DNA from: a virus
Taxonomy: Duplodnaviria; Caudoviricetes
Virus record (IMG/VR): IMGVR_UViG_3300025137_005045
Length of the DNA stretch: 64,000 nucleotides
Direction: 5' to 3' (one strand)
A program made the translations under genes and the position numbers. The notes below the pieces were generated by a model. The model saw nothing but the letters and a program-made list of their open reading frames with translations. It was not told where the DNA came from and did no database searches. Below, piece by piece: positions 11,137-21,149 of this stretch (positions within the stretch are counted from its first letter, which is position 1; each line of letters opens with the position of its first letter).

Positions 11137-13728
11137 CTATGCGTCTGGAGCCGCAGATTTTAATAATGATGAACCAGTGCCCAATGGAAATGTTGTATCT
11201 TCAACTTTTGTTAGTTTTGCGTCTGGTATTTCTTCAACAATAGCTGTTCCTATTTCTACACTAGCTTTAAATTTAGGAGGAAATTCTACCATAAGACCTT
11301 CAAGCACTTGTGTAAACATTCCTTTACTAAATTTATTCTTAACAGCAATAATTTGGTATATTAATCCATCAGTCTTCGTTCTGAAACTTTGATCAGAACT
11401 TTTAAGTAGTATTTGCTTAGGCTTTGCTTCACCTGTAGTTTCATCATAGTCTTCAATGGTTTTATAGAAAACTTCGCAGAATACTTCTTGGCTGTCATAG
11501 TTTACTGATCCATCCTCTAAGTAAGGACCAAACTCTTTACCTGCTCGATAAAAAATATCACCTTGTTGAATGAAGTCAGGATCACCGTAGACTGTCATTT
11601 CCATTTTAGCAAAATCAACCGGTGAATATAATACACTGGCCGCTCTGGCCGCTTCTTCTGCTGATTTTCCAACACCGTTTTGAGTGTTTTGGTCAGGTGG
11701 TCCAACTGCACCTGGAGCTGGATTATCTGCCGCCTCTCGATCATCTTCCGCCTTTATCCTGGCTTCATTTGAAAAATTTGGACTCAATGATGTATAATAT
11801 AAGGCATTAAATTCTACTTCATAATCTATTACTTCTGTGTTTTCTCCAGTAAACCAATAGTTGAATTTTTTATGTACTCCTCTAAATCTGTCCTTAGGAA
11901 ATGCCGGACTTTTGGTATCAGTGACCTGTTGGGGAGTTATAATTACTTCAATGCTGTACGCATAATCTTTTCTAATTAGATCATACTCAAGAGGTGTCAC
12001 TTTTGTAGTAAGTTTATACCAGGCCAATACCTTATTGCCGGTTTTGTTTTGCCAGTTTCTGCTAACTACATCGTACTGAACCGTTTGCTGATTAGTAATA
12101 TACTGACTAGTTTTTAATATACCATCAATGCTTTGTTGTAGTTGCTGACCTGCTGTTACACTTACCGTAAATGTTTCTTTTTCAACTTGACCTTGAGAAT
12201 CAAGCAGATGGGTTGGCAAAGTTGGATCTACACTGGCTGTTCTTGGTTTAGCAATACCACCCGGTGGCATTACTTTTTGCTCTCCTATGTTGCTACCTTC
12301 AAAAGTAACTTTATATTCATCAGGAATACCTTGTGCTTTTTTGTCAACATATGCTTTCTGTTGTTTGTTTAAGGCATTAATCAATCCAGTACTAATTACT
12401 TGCTTACTTGAGGTATTTTCTCTAAGATCACTGGTACCATTAAACAGATCTTGTAATGTTTGTCCTCTTATTTCAACCTGAAACGGTATAGTTGCACGTT
12501 TTTGACTTAGTGCTTCAAAGTGATTAACAGGTAGTGCTTCACACACATATTCAACAGGACCTGTAGCGGCTCGTGTAGTAATATTAGCAAACTTAAAAGG
12601 AATAAATTTTTCATTGATACTGTTTCTGTCTGATCTATTGTTATCAAACCTATCTGAGTCTACTGTTGATTGAGAACTGATTTGATTTCCTTCTTGATCA
12701 TAACCGTGAAATCTAATTGTCATCAGATAGTGTTGTTTAACAAAGTCCAATGTGCCAAAGAACTTTTCAGTTGCATTTTTTAATCGTTGGATGAATGTGA
12801 ATCCATAAGGCTCAATGATCTTAAAATTTAATCTTGTTTGATTGGTCGCTCCTCTTACTGCTCTAGGCATTAGACTTTCCAATTCTAGATCTTCTATAAA
12901 GTAGTCTAGGTCAAAAAATTCATTTCTAATGGCTCCGTTTAGGTCAACTTCACCAACTGGACCTGCTCCACCACTTTGTATTAATAAACTTAATCCTGAT
13001 ACTGTTTTAATTTCCTGCTCGCTCATTACCTTAAACTGTTCTGGAGTCATTAGATATATGCTTATCTGATAAGTGTAAGATGCCATGCCAGCCAATGAAT
13101 TTGTTGTTGTTTTTATGTCTTGTTCAAATGCACTAGGATATTTAACATCACCTTGTCCTGTTAGTCCGTTACCTGTACCGCCTTTATCTTCCTCAAAGGT
13201 CCTCTTTGCTCTATCCTCACTTGCTGTTCCTGAAGGGCGTTGTGTTTCTGTCTGATTAGCATTTGTTCCTGGAGGCACAGCTTGTGAATTTAGTTCAGGA
13301 CCTGTTTCTGGATTTTGTGTTGCGGCAATACCTGCTCCGCCTGCCTTGTCATCTGTTGCAATTAAACCAATACTGTCAGTGTCAGTTTTTTCGCTAGGGC
13401 CTAATCGACCTTCACCTAGTGACGCTCTAATTGTGTCTAAGGCCGCTTGAGCCGTTGCTTTGGCTTCGCGTGCTTTTGCTACAGCATCAATCACCCGAGT
13501 ACCGTATACTAGATCAGATTGGCCATCTCTGACTTCCCCTCGATTTAAAAAACTTGTGACAGCATTTAGTGTGTCGATAGCCTCTGCTTCTAATGCTTTT
13601 CCTGCTGTTTCTGTTTGATCGACGGTACTAACATAGACATTGACCTGTTTAGATATTAAGCCAGCTCTATCACTAAGACTGGAAGATTGATTTTCGTACT
13701 GGGTAGCTTGAGCTGTTGTTACCGCCAT
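11137..13728 (-). CDS. Baseplate hub protein (gp27/gpD-like)
   Basis: 863 aa between gp53-like and gp5-like genes; C-terminal MTVYGDPDFI...YQIIAVKNKFSKGMFTQVLE matches the hub fold. Confidence 0.6.
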   Translation of the reverse strand: MAVTTAQATQYENQSSSLSDRAGLISKQVNVYVSTVDQTETAGKALEAEAIDTLNAVTSFLNRGEVRDGQSDLVYGTRVIDAVAKAREAKATAQAALDTIRASLGEGRLGPSEKTDTDSIGLIATDDKAGGAGIAATQNPETGPELNSQAVPPGTNANQTETQRPSGTASEDRAKRTFEEDKGGTGNGLTGQGDVKYPSAFEQDIKTTTNSLAGMASYTYQISIYLMTPEQFKVMSEQEIKTVSGLSLLIQSGGAGPVGEVDLNGAIRNEFFDLDYFIEDLELESLMPRAVRGATNQTRLNFKIIEPYGFTFIQRLKNATEKFFGTLDFVKQHYLMTIRFHGYDQEGNQISSQSTVDSDRFDNNRSDRNSINEKFIPFKFANITTRAATGPVEYVCEALPVNHFEALSQKRATIPFQVEIRGQTLQDLFNGTSDLRENTSSKQVISTGLINALNKQQKAYVDKKAQGIPDEYKVTFEGSNIGEQKVMPPGGIAKPRTASVDPTLPTHLLDSQGQVEKETFTVSVTAGQQLQQSIDGILKTSQYITNQQTVQYDVVSRNWQNKTGNKVLAWYKLTTKVTPLEYDLIRKDYAYSIEVIITPQQVTDTKSPAFPKDRFRGVHKKFNYWFTGENTEVIDYEVEFNALYYTSLSPNFSNEARIKAEDDREAADNPAPGAVGPPDQNTQNGVGKSAEEAARAASVLYSPVDFAKMEMTVYGDPDFIQQGDIFYRAGKEFGPYLEDGSVNYDSQEVFCEVFYKTIEDYDETTGEAKPKQILLKSSDQSFRTKTDGLIYQIIAVKNKFSKGMFTQVLEGLMVEFPPKFKASVEIGTAIVEEIPDAKLTKVEDTTFPLGTGSSLLKSAAPDA

Positions 13729-13729
13729 C

Positions 13730-14035
13730 TTAGAAGCCTAATGCTGTTTTAAGAGTCGAAATCTTTGGTAAGAATATTTTTGTTCCAACCTTAAAATCAT
13801 AAATTGGATCCACTATTGAGTTTGGATTACGCTGTGAAAATACCCACCATAGCCCTGGATCGTCATATAAATCTTGTGCCAGTAGGTCTGGTCGATGCTG
13901 ATATGTAATTGTTACTGTAAACATCTGATCATCTACCTGTTTAGGAATTGGTCTATTCTGCATCACTCCAAGATAATTATCCTGAACCTGTGATGTGAAA
14001 TAAGGCGATGTTGATGCGTATTTTACTTTAGCCAT
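13730..14035 (-). CDS. Baseplate wedge gp53 / LysM-like (gpX) protein
   Basis: YQHRPDLLAQDLYDDPGLWWVFSQRNP motif. Confidence 0.75.
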   Translation of the reverse strand: MAKVKYASTSPYFTSQVQDNYLGVMQNRPIPKQVDDQMFTVTITYQHRPDLLAQDLYDDPGLWWVFSQRNPNSIVDPIYDFKVGTKIFLPKISTLKTALGF

Positions 14036-14943
14036 TACCAGAACCCTCTTCTAATACCTTGTCCTTGTGCATAGTCAGCAACGCTGAACTCTTGACTTGA
14101 ACGCTTACGACTAACAATTGGATGTAGTGTCATTGTTAATTCTATTTTAGTTGGAACATAGCTAGAATTTTGTTGATCAAGTCGACCTGTGTTTGATCCG
14201 TAATATCTATTCTCTGCACCCTTGCTAACACCTTGACTGAATAATTGTAATATTCTTGATAAAGGACTTTGATAACCATTATTCTGTACTCTCTTTTCAC
14301 CTAAATCAATTGTGGCATTTCCTATGCCACTGGTTCGTACATAATCAACATCCTGTGGTAGAATATAATTAAACTGCTGTATCACACAGGGATGGTCATT
14401 AAATTGATTTTCTCCAAATCCGTCTAAGAATACTAGCGGAGGAGGTGTTCCTTTGTCTTGATCCTGGCCATAACGCATTTTTGTAGCTGATTTGAAAAAA
14501 TGTATTGCGGCCAACAAATAGTCTGCTTCTTTGGTACTTTGTGCCGTAAATGTGCCTGTGATTTGTATGTCACTGATTTCACTGCTTTGATAAAAGTACT
14601 GAGCATAGTTTGAATGTGTTGGTGCTGTTTTATTATAGTTGGCTTGATAATTGATCATCACCTGCGGAGTATACGGAAATATAACACCGTCTGTGGATTT
14701 CAGTGGATCCAGTATGCCGGAGTCACCTGACTTGTATAATGCCTGACTGCCTGGAGCTAGGCGTACACGGAATCGCCAATCACTGGAATCGTTGTCCTCA
14801 GCTCTTATGTTAGCTTGATCCTGAGTATTATTTTCAAAACCATAATTAAAAGCATTCTCTGGTTTGTCAGTCAGTATAGGAGGTACCACCGGAGCTGGTT
14901 CTGTTGTACCAAACGGACTAGTTGCTATATTATCTTCTGCCAT
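14035..14943 (-). CDS. Baseplate-tail tube junction protein (gp48/gp54-like)
   Basis: GVIFPYTPQV...YQSSEISDIQITGTFTAQ...PPPLVFLDGFG, a tube-initiator-like fold, in the baseplate operon. Confidence 0.6.
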   Translation of the reverse strand: MAEDNIATSPFGTTEPAPVVPPILTDKPENAFNYGFENNTQDQANIRAEDNDSSDWRFRVRLAPGSQALYKSGDSGILDPLKSTDGVIFPYTPQVMINYQANYNKTAPTHSNYAQYFYQSSEISDIQITGTFTAQSTKEADYLLAAIHFFKSATKMRYGQDQDKGTPPPLVFLDGFGENQFNDHPCVIQQFNYILPQDVDYVRTSGIGNATIDLGEKRVQNNGYQSPLSRILQLFSQGVSKGAENRYYGSNTGRLDQQNSSYVPTKIELTMTLHPIVSRKRSSQEFSVADYAQGQGIRRGFW

Positions 14944-14964
14944 GTCTTTTCCTTATTATAATAC

Positions 14965-14971
14965 TATTTAT
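14965..14971 (-). promoter_or_regulatory. Late promoter (ATAAATA) for the baseplate operon
   Basis: Motif 21 nt upstream of the ATG at 14943; divergent from the sigma70 promoter at 15014. Confidence 0.65.
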
Positions 14972-15013
14972 TAGAATAATAATAACCCACTATAATAGCT
15001 AAACCAAAAAAGG

Positions 15014-15041
15014 TTGACAGGGGCCTTATAGACTGTATAAT
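15014..15041 (+). promoter_or_regulatory. Sigma70-type promoter TTGACA-N16-TATAAT
   Basis: Perfect -35 and -10 hexamers with an upstream A-tract, ahead of AAGGAG and the GTG of the gp55-like gene. Confidence 0.8.
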
Positions 15042-15070
15042 TAAGTGTATCAATAAGGAGAATCATAAAA

Positions 15071-16006
15071 GTGGCTGAAGAACCTAAAGTAGTAACAAGA
15101 ACTGGACGTAAGGTAAACTATCTAAACAATAGAGATATCCTTAAAGAAATTCATAAATCAAAAGCAACCTATTGTACATTCTTAGACAAGGACACACAGC
15201 ATCAACAGGATGCCATTGTCTACGATCTTGTTAAAATTAATAAGGCAAGAATTAAAGAAGCTAAAGCAGATAGAATCGATAGACATAAAAGAGCAAGTGG
15301 TGAAATACTAAAACCTAGCGAAATTGCTGATACCAGTTTGGTATTTCGATTAATGACCTGGGAACATGTTCCGTTGGTAGATAAAAAACCTACCAAAGCA
15401 CAATTAAAGAAACGTGCTAAAATTGAAGAAATGTTTGATGATATCGAAGAGGCACGGGATCAAGAAGATTACGGTATCACTGACCAAGTGCATACCAAAT
15501 GTAATTTTCCTCCTTTCCAACACTATATGATTACCGAAGATGGCACACCGTATCTGGTAGGTAAAAGTCACTGGAAGGGTGACTTAGAGACAGGTGAATT
15601 TTCAAAAGATCATGGTTCAATGACCCCAAAACTAGCACACATGTTTATTAAACTGTGTGAGCGTTATGCTACTCGATCAAACTGGCGTGGATACACATAT
15701 AATGAAGAAATGCGTGGACAAGCATTGTTGCAACTATCACAAATTGGATTACAGTTTGATGAAGCTAAGTCACAGAATCCATTTGCATATTACACAGCGG
15801 CAATTACTAACTCATTTACACGTATTCTCAATATTGAAAAGAAAAATCAATCAATACGTGACGATATCTTAGAAATGAACGGATTGAACCCAAGTTGGAC
15901 TAGACAAAACAGTGAAGTAGATGCTAAACTAGCAGAGAAGCACAACGCACAACAAAAAGCAGACACTGAAGCTAAAGAAAAAGTAAAAGAAACAGAAACA
16001 AAATAA
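15071..16006 (+). CDS. gp55: Late-transcription sigma factor (T4 gp55-like)
   Basis: NYLNNRDILKEI...EEMRGQALLQLSQIGLQFDEAKSQNPFAYYTAAITNSFTRILNIEKK resembles gp55; it precedes gp47/gp46 as in T4-like phages. Confidence 0.8.
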   Translation: MAEEPKVVTRTGRKVNYLNNRDILKEIHKSKATYCTFLDKDTQHQQDAIVYDLVKINKARIKEAKADRIDRHKRASGEILKPSEIADTSLVFRLMTWEHVPLVDKKPTKAQLKKRAKIEEMFDDIEEARDQEDYGITDQVHTKCNFPPFQHYMITEDGTPYLVGKSHWKGDLETGEFSKDHGSMTPKLAHMFIKLCERYATRSNWRGYTYNEEMRGQALLQLSQIGLQFDEAKSQNPFAYYTAAITNSFTRILNIEKKNQSIRDDILEMNGLNPSWTRQNSEVDAKLAEKHNAQQKADTEAKEKVKETETK

Positions 16007-16029
16007 CTTATTAACTCCTAAGGAAGGTT

Positions 16030-17046
16030 ATGAGTAATCTATTTAAGAAAGCGGCTATCCTGACAGATATACATTTTGGTTTAAAGTCAAATAGTCAGCT
16101 ACACAACGAGGACTGTTTGAATTTTGTCAAATGGTTTGTCACTAAGGCCAAAGAAGAAGGTTGCGAAACCTGCATCATGATGGGCGACTGGCACAACAAT
16201 CGTTCCGCTCTCAACATTGTTACACTTAACTACAGTCTACAAGCAATTGAATTACTAGGAAAGTCTTTTGATAGGGTATTCTTTATTCCTGGTAATCACG
16301 ATCTATACTATAGGGACAAACGCGACACTTACAGTGCGGCATGGGCCAAACACGTTCCTAACATTGAAATAATCAACGACTTTTATAAAGAAGGAGATGT
16401 GCAGTTTGCTCCCTGGCTGGTAGGTGATGATCATAAGAAAGTTAAAAAACTTGAAGGCCGTTATCTTTTTGGTCATTTAGAACTACCCCACTTCTTTATG
16501 AATGCTATGGTGCAGATGCCAGACACTGGTGAAGTACAGGGAGAAGACTTTCAGGGATTGGAGTCTGTATACACTGGTCACTTTCATAAAAGACAACAAA
16601 AGAAAAATATTATCTATACTGGTAATTGCTTTCCCCACAACTATGCTGATGCAGGTGATGATGATCGAGGTATGATGGTGCTAACTTGGGGTGAGAAGCC
16701 TAAGTTTTATTCGTGGCCAGATCAACCTAGATACAGAGTTTACAAACTTAGCGAAGTACTTGCGGCTCCTGCAGATCTATTACATAAAGGTATGCACACC
16801 AGAGTAAACATTGACATTGATATCAGCTACGAGGAAGCCAGTTATATACGAGAAACATTTGTAGGTACATACGGTCTACGTGAACTTACCTTAATACCAA
16901 TTAAGAATGTAGACCTATCACAGGATGTTGAACCCGGACAGTTGAAGTTTGAATCGGTGGATACTATTGTTACCAATCAGTTAACTAATATCGAAAGCGA
17001 TCATTACGATCCTAAAATGTTATTAGAAATTTATAGAGATCTATGA
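16030..17046 (+). CDS. gp47: Recombination endonuclease, Mre11/SbcD-like
   Basis: Metallophosphoesterase motifs TDIHFG, GDWH, GNHD and GHFH. Confidence 0.9.
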   Translation: MSNLFKKAAILTDIHFGLKSNSQLHNEDCLNFVKWFVTKAKEEGCETCIMMGDWHNNRSALNIVTLNYSLQAIELLGKSFDRVFFIPGNHDLYYRDKRDTYSAAWAKHVPNIEIINDFYKEGDVQFAPWLVGDDHKKVKKLEGRYLFGHLELPHFFMNAMVQMPDTGEVQGEDFQGLESVYTGHFHKRQQKKNIIYTGNCFPHNYADAGDDDRGMMVLTWGEKPKFYSWPDQPRYRVYKLSEVLAAPADLLHKGMHTRVNIDIDISYEEASYIRETFVGTYGLRELTLIPIKNVDLSQDVEPGQLKFESVDTIVTNQLTNIESDHYDPKMLLEIYRDL

Positions 17047-17056
17047 TTACTAAAAT

Positions 17057-18826
17057 ATGTTTAAAATAAAAACATTAACAGTTAAAAACTTTATGAGTGT
17101 GGGGAATTCCACACAAGCAGTTAACTTTGATCGTGATGATCTAACCTTGGTACTAGGTGTGAATATTGATCTAGGTGGTGACGATAGTGGTGCCAGGAAT
17201 GGTACTGGTAAAACAACCATAATCAACGCATTGTCGTACAGCTTATATGGACAAGCATTAACTAACATCAAACGTGATAATTTAATTAACAAAACCAATT
17301 CCAAGGGTATGTTGGTCACTGTTGAGTTTGATCACAATGGTCAAATATATAGAATTGAGCGTGGTCGCAAACCAAACACCATGAAATTTTATGTGGGTGA
17401 GACTGAACAAGAAATTACAGATGAGGCACAGGGTGATAGTCGTGAGACACAGAAACAGATAGAAGCAATGTTGGGCATGAGTCATGAGATGTTCAAGCAT
17501 GTTGTAGCTTTAAACACCTACACAGAACCCTTCTTAAACCTTCGTGCTAACGACCAAAAAGCAATCATAGAGCAACTGTTAGGTATCACTATGTTAAGTG
17601 AGAAAGCTGACAGTTTAAAAGAAAAACTTAAACAAACGAAAGATGCTATCAAGGAAGAAGAGTTTCGCATTAAGGCAGAGCAAGAGGCCAATGAAAAAAT
17701 TAAACAACAGATTGAAAGTTTAAAACGTAGACAAACGTTATGGCTAGCTAAACATGCTGAAGATCTTGCCAAAATACAGGGTGCGTTAGATAATTTATTA
17801 AAATTAGATATTGATGCAGAGCTGAATGCCCACAAACAATTGGTAACATTTAATCAAAAAGTTAAAGATATCAATGACCTATCTACCTCTATTACCAGAG
17901 CAAATAGTGATATTGATAGAGAAAGTTCTTTAATTACAAAACTTAAAAAAGAAATAGCCGACCTTAAAGAACATAAGTGTTATGCTTGTGGTCAAGAAGT
18001 GCATGATGACAAACATGAAGAAATACTTAAAGGAAAACAACAAAGCCTAGCTGATACCAACAAAGAAAAAGACAAACATGTTGAATTGTTAGAGCAATTG
18101 GAACAAGCATTAGCTGAAATAGGTAATGCTGGAGACGAACCTAAAACATACTATCCTACGGAACAGGATGCGTTTGAGCATAAAAATTCATTGACAACTT
18201 TAGAAACGCAACTAGAAAGTAAACAGGATGAAACAGACCCGTATGAGGAACAAATTGAAGAAATGGAGGCTACTGCTGTTAGTGAAGTAGACTTTAGTAT
18301 TATGAATGATCTTGACAAACTTAAAGATCATCAAGAATTCCTACAAAAACTGTTAACAAACAAAGACAGTTTTATTAGAAAAAGAATAATTGATCAAAAT
18401 CTTAGTTACTTGAACGCTAGACTAAGCCAGTACTTAGAAAGAATCGGACTGCCACACACAGTCACCTTCCTTAGCGATCTTTCTGTAGAAATTACTGAAC
18501 TAGGGCGTGAATTAGATTTTGACAATTTAAGTAGAGGCGAACGTAATAGATTGATCTTGTCACTATCATGGGCATTTAGAGATGTCTACGAAAGCCTCTA
18601 CGACCCTATAAACTTATTGTTCATTGATGAATTGATAGACTCAGGTATGGATGCTAGTGGTGTTGAGTCGTCACTAGCTATACTTAAAAAGATGTCACGT
18701 GAACATAAGAAATCAATATGGCTAGTATCACACAAAGACGAGCTAAGTAGTCGTGTAAATAACATATTAACTGTGACTAAGGAAAATGGATTTACTAGCT
18801 ATGGCACTGATATCGACACAATTTAA
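17057..18826 (+). CDS. gp46: Recombination ATPase, Rad50/SbcC-like
   Basis: Walker A NGTGKT, coiled coil with zinc hook CYAC, signature LSRGE, Walker B LLFIDE and H-loop VSH. Confidence 0.92.
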   Translation: MFKIKTLTVKNFMSVGNSTQAVNFDRDDLTLVLGVNIDLGGDDSGARNGTGKTTIINALSYSLYGQALTNIKRDNLINKTNSKGMLVTVEFDHNGQIYRIERGRKPNTMKFYVGETEQEITDEAQGDSRETQKQIEAMLGMSHEMFKHVVALNTYTEPFLNLRANDQKAIIEQLLGITMLSEKADSLKEKLKQTKDAIKEEEFRIKAEQEANEKIKQQIESLKRRQTLWLAKHAEDLAKIQGALDNLLKLDIDAELNAHKQLVTFNQKVKDINDLSTSITRANSDIDRESSLITKLKKEIADLKEHKCYACGQEVHDDKHEEILKGKQQSLADTNKEKDKHVELLEQLEQALAEIGNAGDEPKTYYPTEQDAFEHKNSLTTLETQLESKQDETDPYEEQIEEMEATAVSEVDFSIMNDLDKLKDHQEFLQKLLTNKDSFIRKRIIDQNLSYLNARLSQYLERIGLPHTVTFLSDLSVEITELGRELDFDNLSRGERNRLILSLSWAFRDVYESLYDPINLLFIDELIDSGMDASGVESSLAILKKMSREHKKSIWLVSHKDELSSRVNNILTVTKENGFTSYGTDIDTI

Positions 18827-19676
18827 GATACTACACCTAGAACCTACCGATGCCTGCCAAGCCGCCTGCCCACAATGTGCTAGAGAAACTGACACATCGT
18901 TCGACAAAACAACAGTAAATCATCTGACAATTGCCCGAATTAAAGAACTATTTTCAGTTCATCAGATTAAGCAATTAGACAAGATGTTTATGTGTGGCGA
19001 CTACGGAGATCCAGCCGCCGGAAAACATACATTAGAAATTTTTAAATATTTCAGAAGTATTAATCCAGCTATTACACTAGGTATGAATACCAATGGTGGA
19101 TTAAGAAATAGTAAATGGTGGCGAGAGTTAGCTGACATAATGTCTGGTGAAAGAGATTATGTTGTATTCAGTGTTGACGGATTAGAAGATACTAATCATA
19201 TCTATAGAGTAAATGTTAATTGGAGCAAGGTTATTGACAATATTAATACGTTCATAACTGCTGGAGGTAATGCACATTGGGATATGATAGTATTTGACCA
19301 CAACAAACATCAAGTTGAGGATTGTGAAGCATTGGCTGTTGCTCTTAAATTTAAATGGTTTAGGGCAAAAGTTAGTAGAAGACACGACTTTATGCCAATT
19401 GACTTTTTAAAAATTCCCAAAGGATGGAAAAATCCAACTATTAGTGAAGGAAAAATTAGTTGTCAAGCACTTAACGAAAAAAGTATGTATTTGTCAGCAA
19501 GTGGACTTGCCTATCCGTGCTGTTATCTGGGATCAACTAATCACACATTGGATCAATTTGATGCTGTCCAGAAATCCTGGAACAATGAACCAATTCAGAC
19601 ATGCAAAAACGTTTGTACTACATCTAACAATGTTACTAGCTACAGTAGTCAATGGCAACGTGAGGTAGAATTTTAA
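18786..19676 (+). CDS. Radical SAM protein with C-terminal Cys-rich (twitch/SPASM-like) domain; start may be ATG 18801
   Basis: CQAACPQC (CX3CX2C), MCGDYGDP, TNGG, VFSVDG and a C-terminal C...YPCCY...C..C. Confidence 0.88.
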   Translation: MDLLAMALISTQFKILHLEPTDACQAACPQCARETDTSFDKTTVNHLTIARIKELFSVHQIKQLDKMFMCGDYGDPAAGKHTLEIFKYFRSINPAITLGMNTNGGLRNSKWWRELADIMSGERDYVVFSVDGLEDTNHIYRVNVNWSKVIDNINTFITAGGNAHWDMIVFDHNKHQVEDCEALAVALKFKWFRAKVSRRHDFMPIDFLKIPKGWKNPTISEGKISCQALNEKSMYLSASGLAYPCCYLGSTNHTLDQFDAVQKSWNNEPIQTCKNVCTTSNNVTSYSSQWQREVEF

Positions 19677-20689
19677 TGAAGTTAGCATTATGGCACTGGC
19701 ATATAGAGATATCAAGTAAGTGTACCTTAAAGTGTTCTAGGTGTGCTAGAGAAGAAGTGCCTGATACATTAGTTAACAGTGAACTCAGATTAGATTTTTT
19801 TAAAAAGAACTTTACCCCTGAATTTATCTTAGAGAATGTTGAAAAAATAACATTTTGTGGTGACGACGGAGACCCTATCTATGCACACGATTTGTTTGAA
19901 GTTATAGAATACTTTAAAAGCGTTAAGCCTGTTAAGATGGTTATAGTCACCAATGGCAGTTATAAAAAACCAAGTTGGTGGATGGAACTAGGTCATGTGT
20001 TAGATTCTGATGATCATATACATTTTAGTATGGATGGTTGGAATCAAGTGAGTAATGAACAGTATCGAGTAAATAGTGATTGGAATAGCATTGTTACTGG
20101 AGTTAGAATGTTAAGACAGGTCAGTGATGTGTTTATGACCAGAGACACTATTCTGTTTAAGTTCAATGAGAATCATTTAGATCTTATGGAACGCCAAAGT
20201 AAGCAGTTAGGATTTGACGCATTTCAGATAACCCGTAGTACTAAATTTAATAAGATATATCCTATATACCCTGCAGGTGACATATTGCAACCTTTAGACG
20301 ACAACATTAGTAGTAGTTATAGGTTTGAACGTGAGTTAAGAAGTCTTACTACACGTTCTGCTAGCACAGTTGGTCAGAGTACCAATGACAAATTATTTCA
20401 ACAACAGCAAGAGGTTAATGGTGTTACACCATTATGCGGAATAGGCAACAAAGGATTGTTTATAAACAGCCAGGGCAAGTTTTTTCCTTGCTGTTGGGTA
20501 GCAAATAGATACAATCATAATAATGAATGGATGGAGATAAGTAAGCATTTCGATCTGACTCAAAAGACATTAGTCACTGTAATCAATGATGAATTTTGGT
20601 CTAATGATTTTGAAAATTTCCACTGGACCGAATGCAAGGATAAATGTAATAGTAACGTCGTTGATAAAGACTACGCAACTAATTGGTAA
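19676..20689 (+). CDS. Radical SAM protein with twitch/SPASM-like domain (paralogue of the upstream gene)
   Basis: CTLKCSRC, FCGDDGDP, VTNG, FSMDG and a C-terminal C...FFPCCW...C..C. Confidence 0.88.
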   Translation: MKLALWHWHIEISSKCTLKCSRCAREEVPDTLVNSELRLDFFKKNFTPEFILENVEKITFCGDDGDPIYAHDLFEVIEYFKSVKPVKMVIVTNGSYKKPSWWMELGHVLDSDDHIHFSMDGWNQVSNEQYRVNSDWNSIVTGVRMLRQVSDVFMTRDTILFKFNENHLDLMERQSKQLGFDAFQITRSTKFNKIYPIYPAGDILQPLDDNISSSYRFERELRSLTTRSASTVGQSTNDKLFQQQQEVNGVTPLCGIGNKGLFINSQGKFFPCCWVANRYNHNNEWMEISKHFDLTQKTLVTVINDEFWSNDFENFHWTECKDKCNSNVVDKDYATNW

Positions 20690-20705
20690 ATCAAAAGGAA
20701 TCATA

Positions 20706-21149
20706 TTGTCATACGAAAATCCCTGGATGTATCAGGATAAAATCTTTGATACAGAAGACATCGGAGAGATGTATGGATTCGTTTATAGAATTACAAATAC
20801 CACTAACGGGCACGACTACATCGGAAAGAAATTTTTCTGGACAGTAAAGAAACGCCCTCCACTGAAAGGCAAGAAAAATAAAAGAAGATCAACTGTTGAA
20901 ACGGACTGGAAGACCTACTGGGGATCTAGTGACCGTTTGACCCACGATATAGAAGAACTAGGTAAGGATAACTTTACAAGAGAAATAATCTACTTGTGTA
21001 AAGCAAGAGGTGAAACAAATTACATGGAAGCCTATTTCCAGTTTAATGAAAATGTATTACTACGTGATGACAATTACAACGGTATTATAAACATAAGACT
21101 TGGTATAGGTAGTGTAAGAAATATTTTAATAGAAGATTTAACGAAATAA
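20706..21149 (+). CDS. Stand-alone GIY-YIG nuclease-family protein (147 aa, TTG start)
   Basis: GFVYRITNTTNGHDYIGKK, then DWKTYWGSS, NFTREII, YMEAY and YNG. AAAGGA lies 6 nt before TTG 20706, so this start is better supported than the ORF-track start at 20586. Confidence 0.75.
   Translation: MSYENPWMYQDKIFDTEDIGEMYGFVYRITNTTNGHDYIGKKFFWTVKKRPPLKGKKNKRRSTVETDWKTYWGSSDRLTHDIEELGKDNFTREIIYLCKARGETNYMEAYFQFNENVLLRDDNYNGIINIRLGIGSVRNILIEDLTK

Noticed and set aside
20586-20705. N-terminal extension of the GIY-YIG ORF given in the ORF track
   Set aside because: It overlaps the radical SAM gene by about 100 nt; TTG 20706 has a proper RBS.
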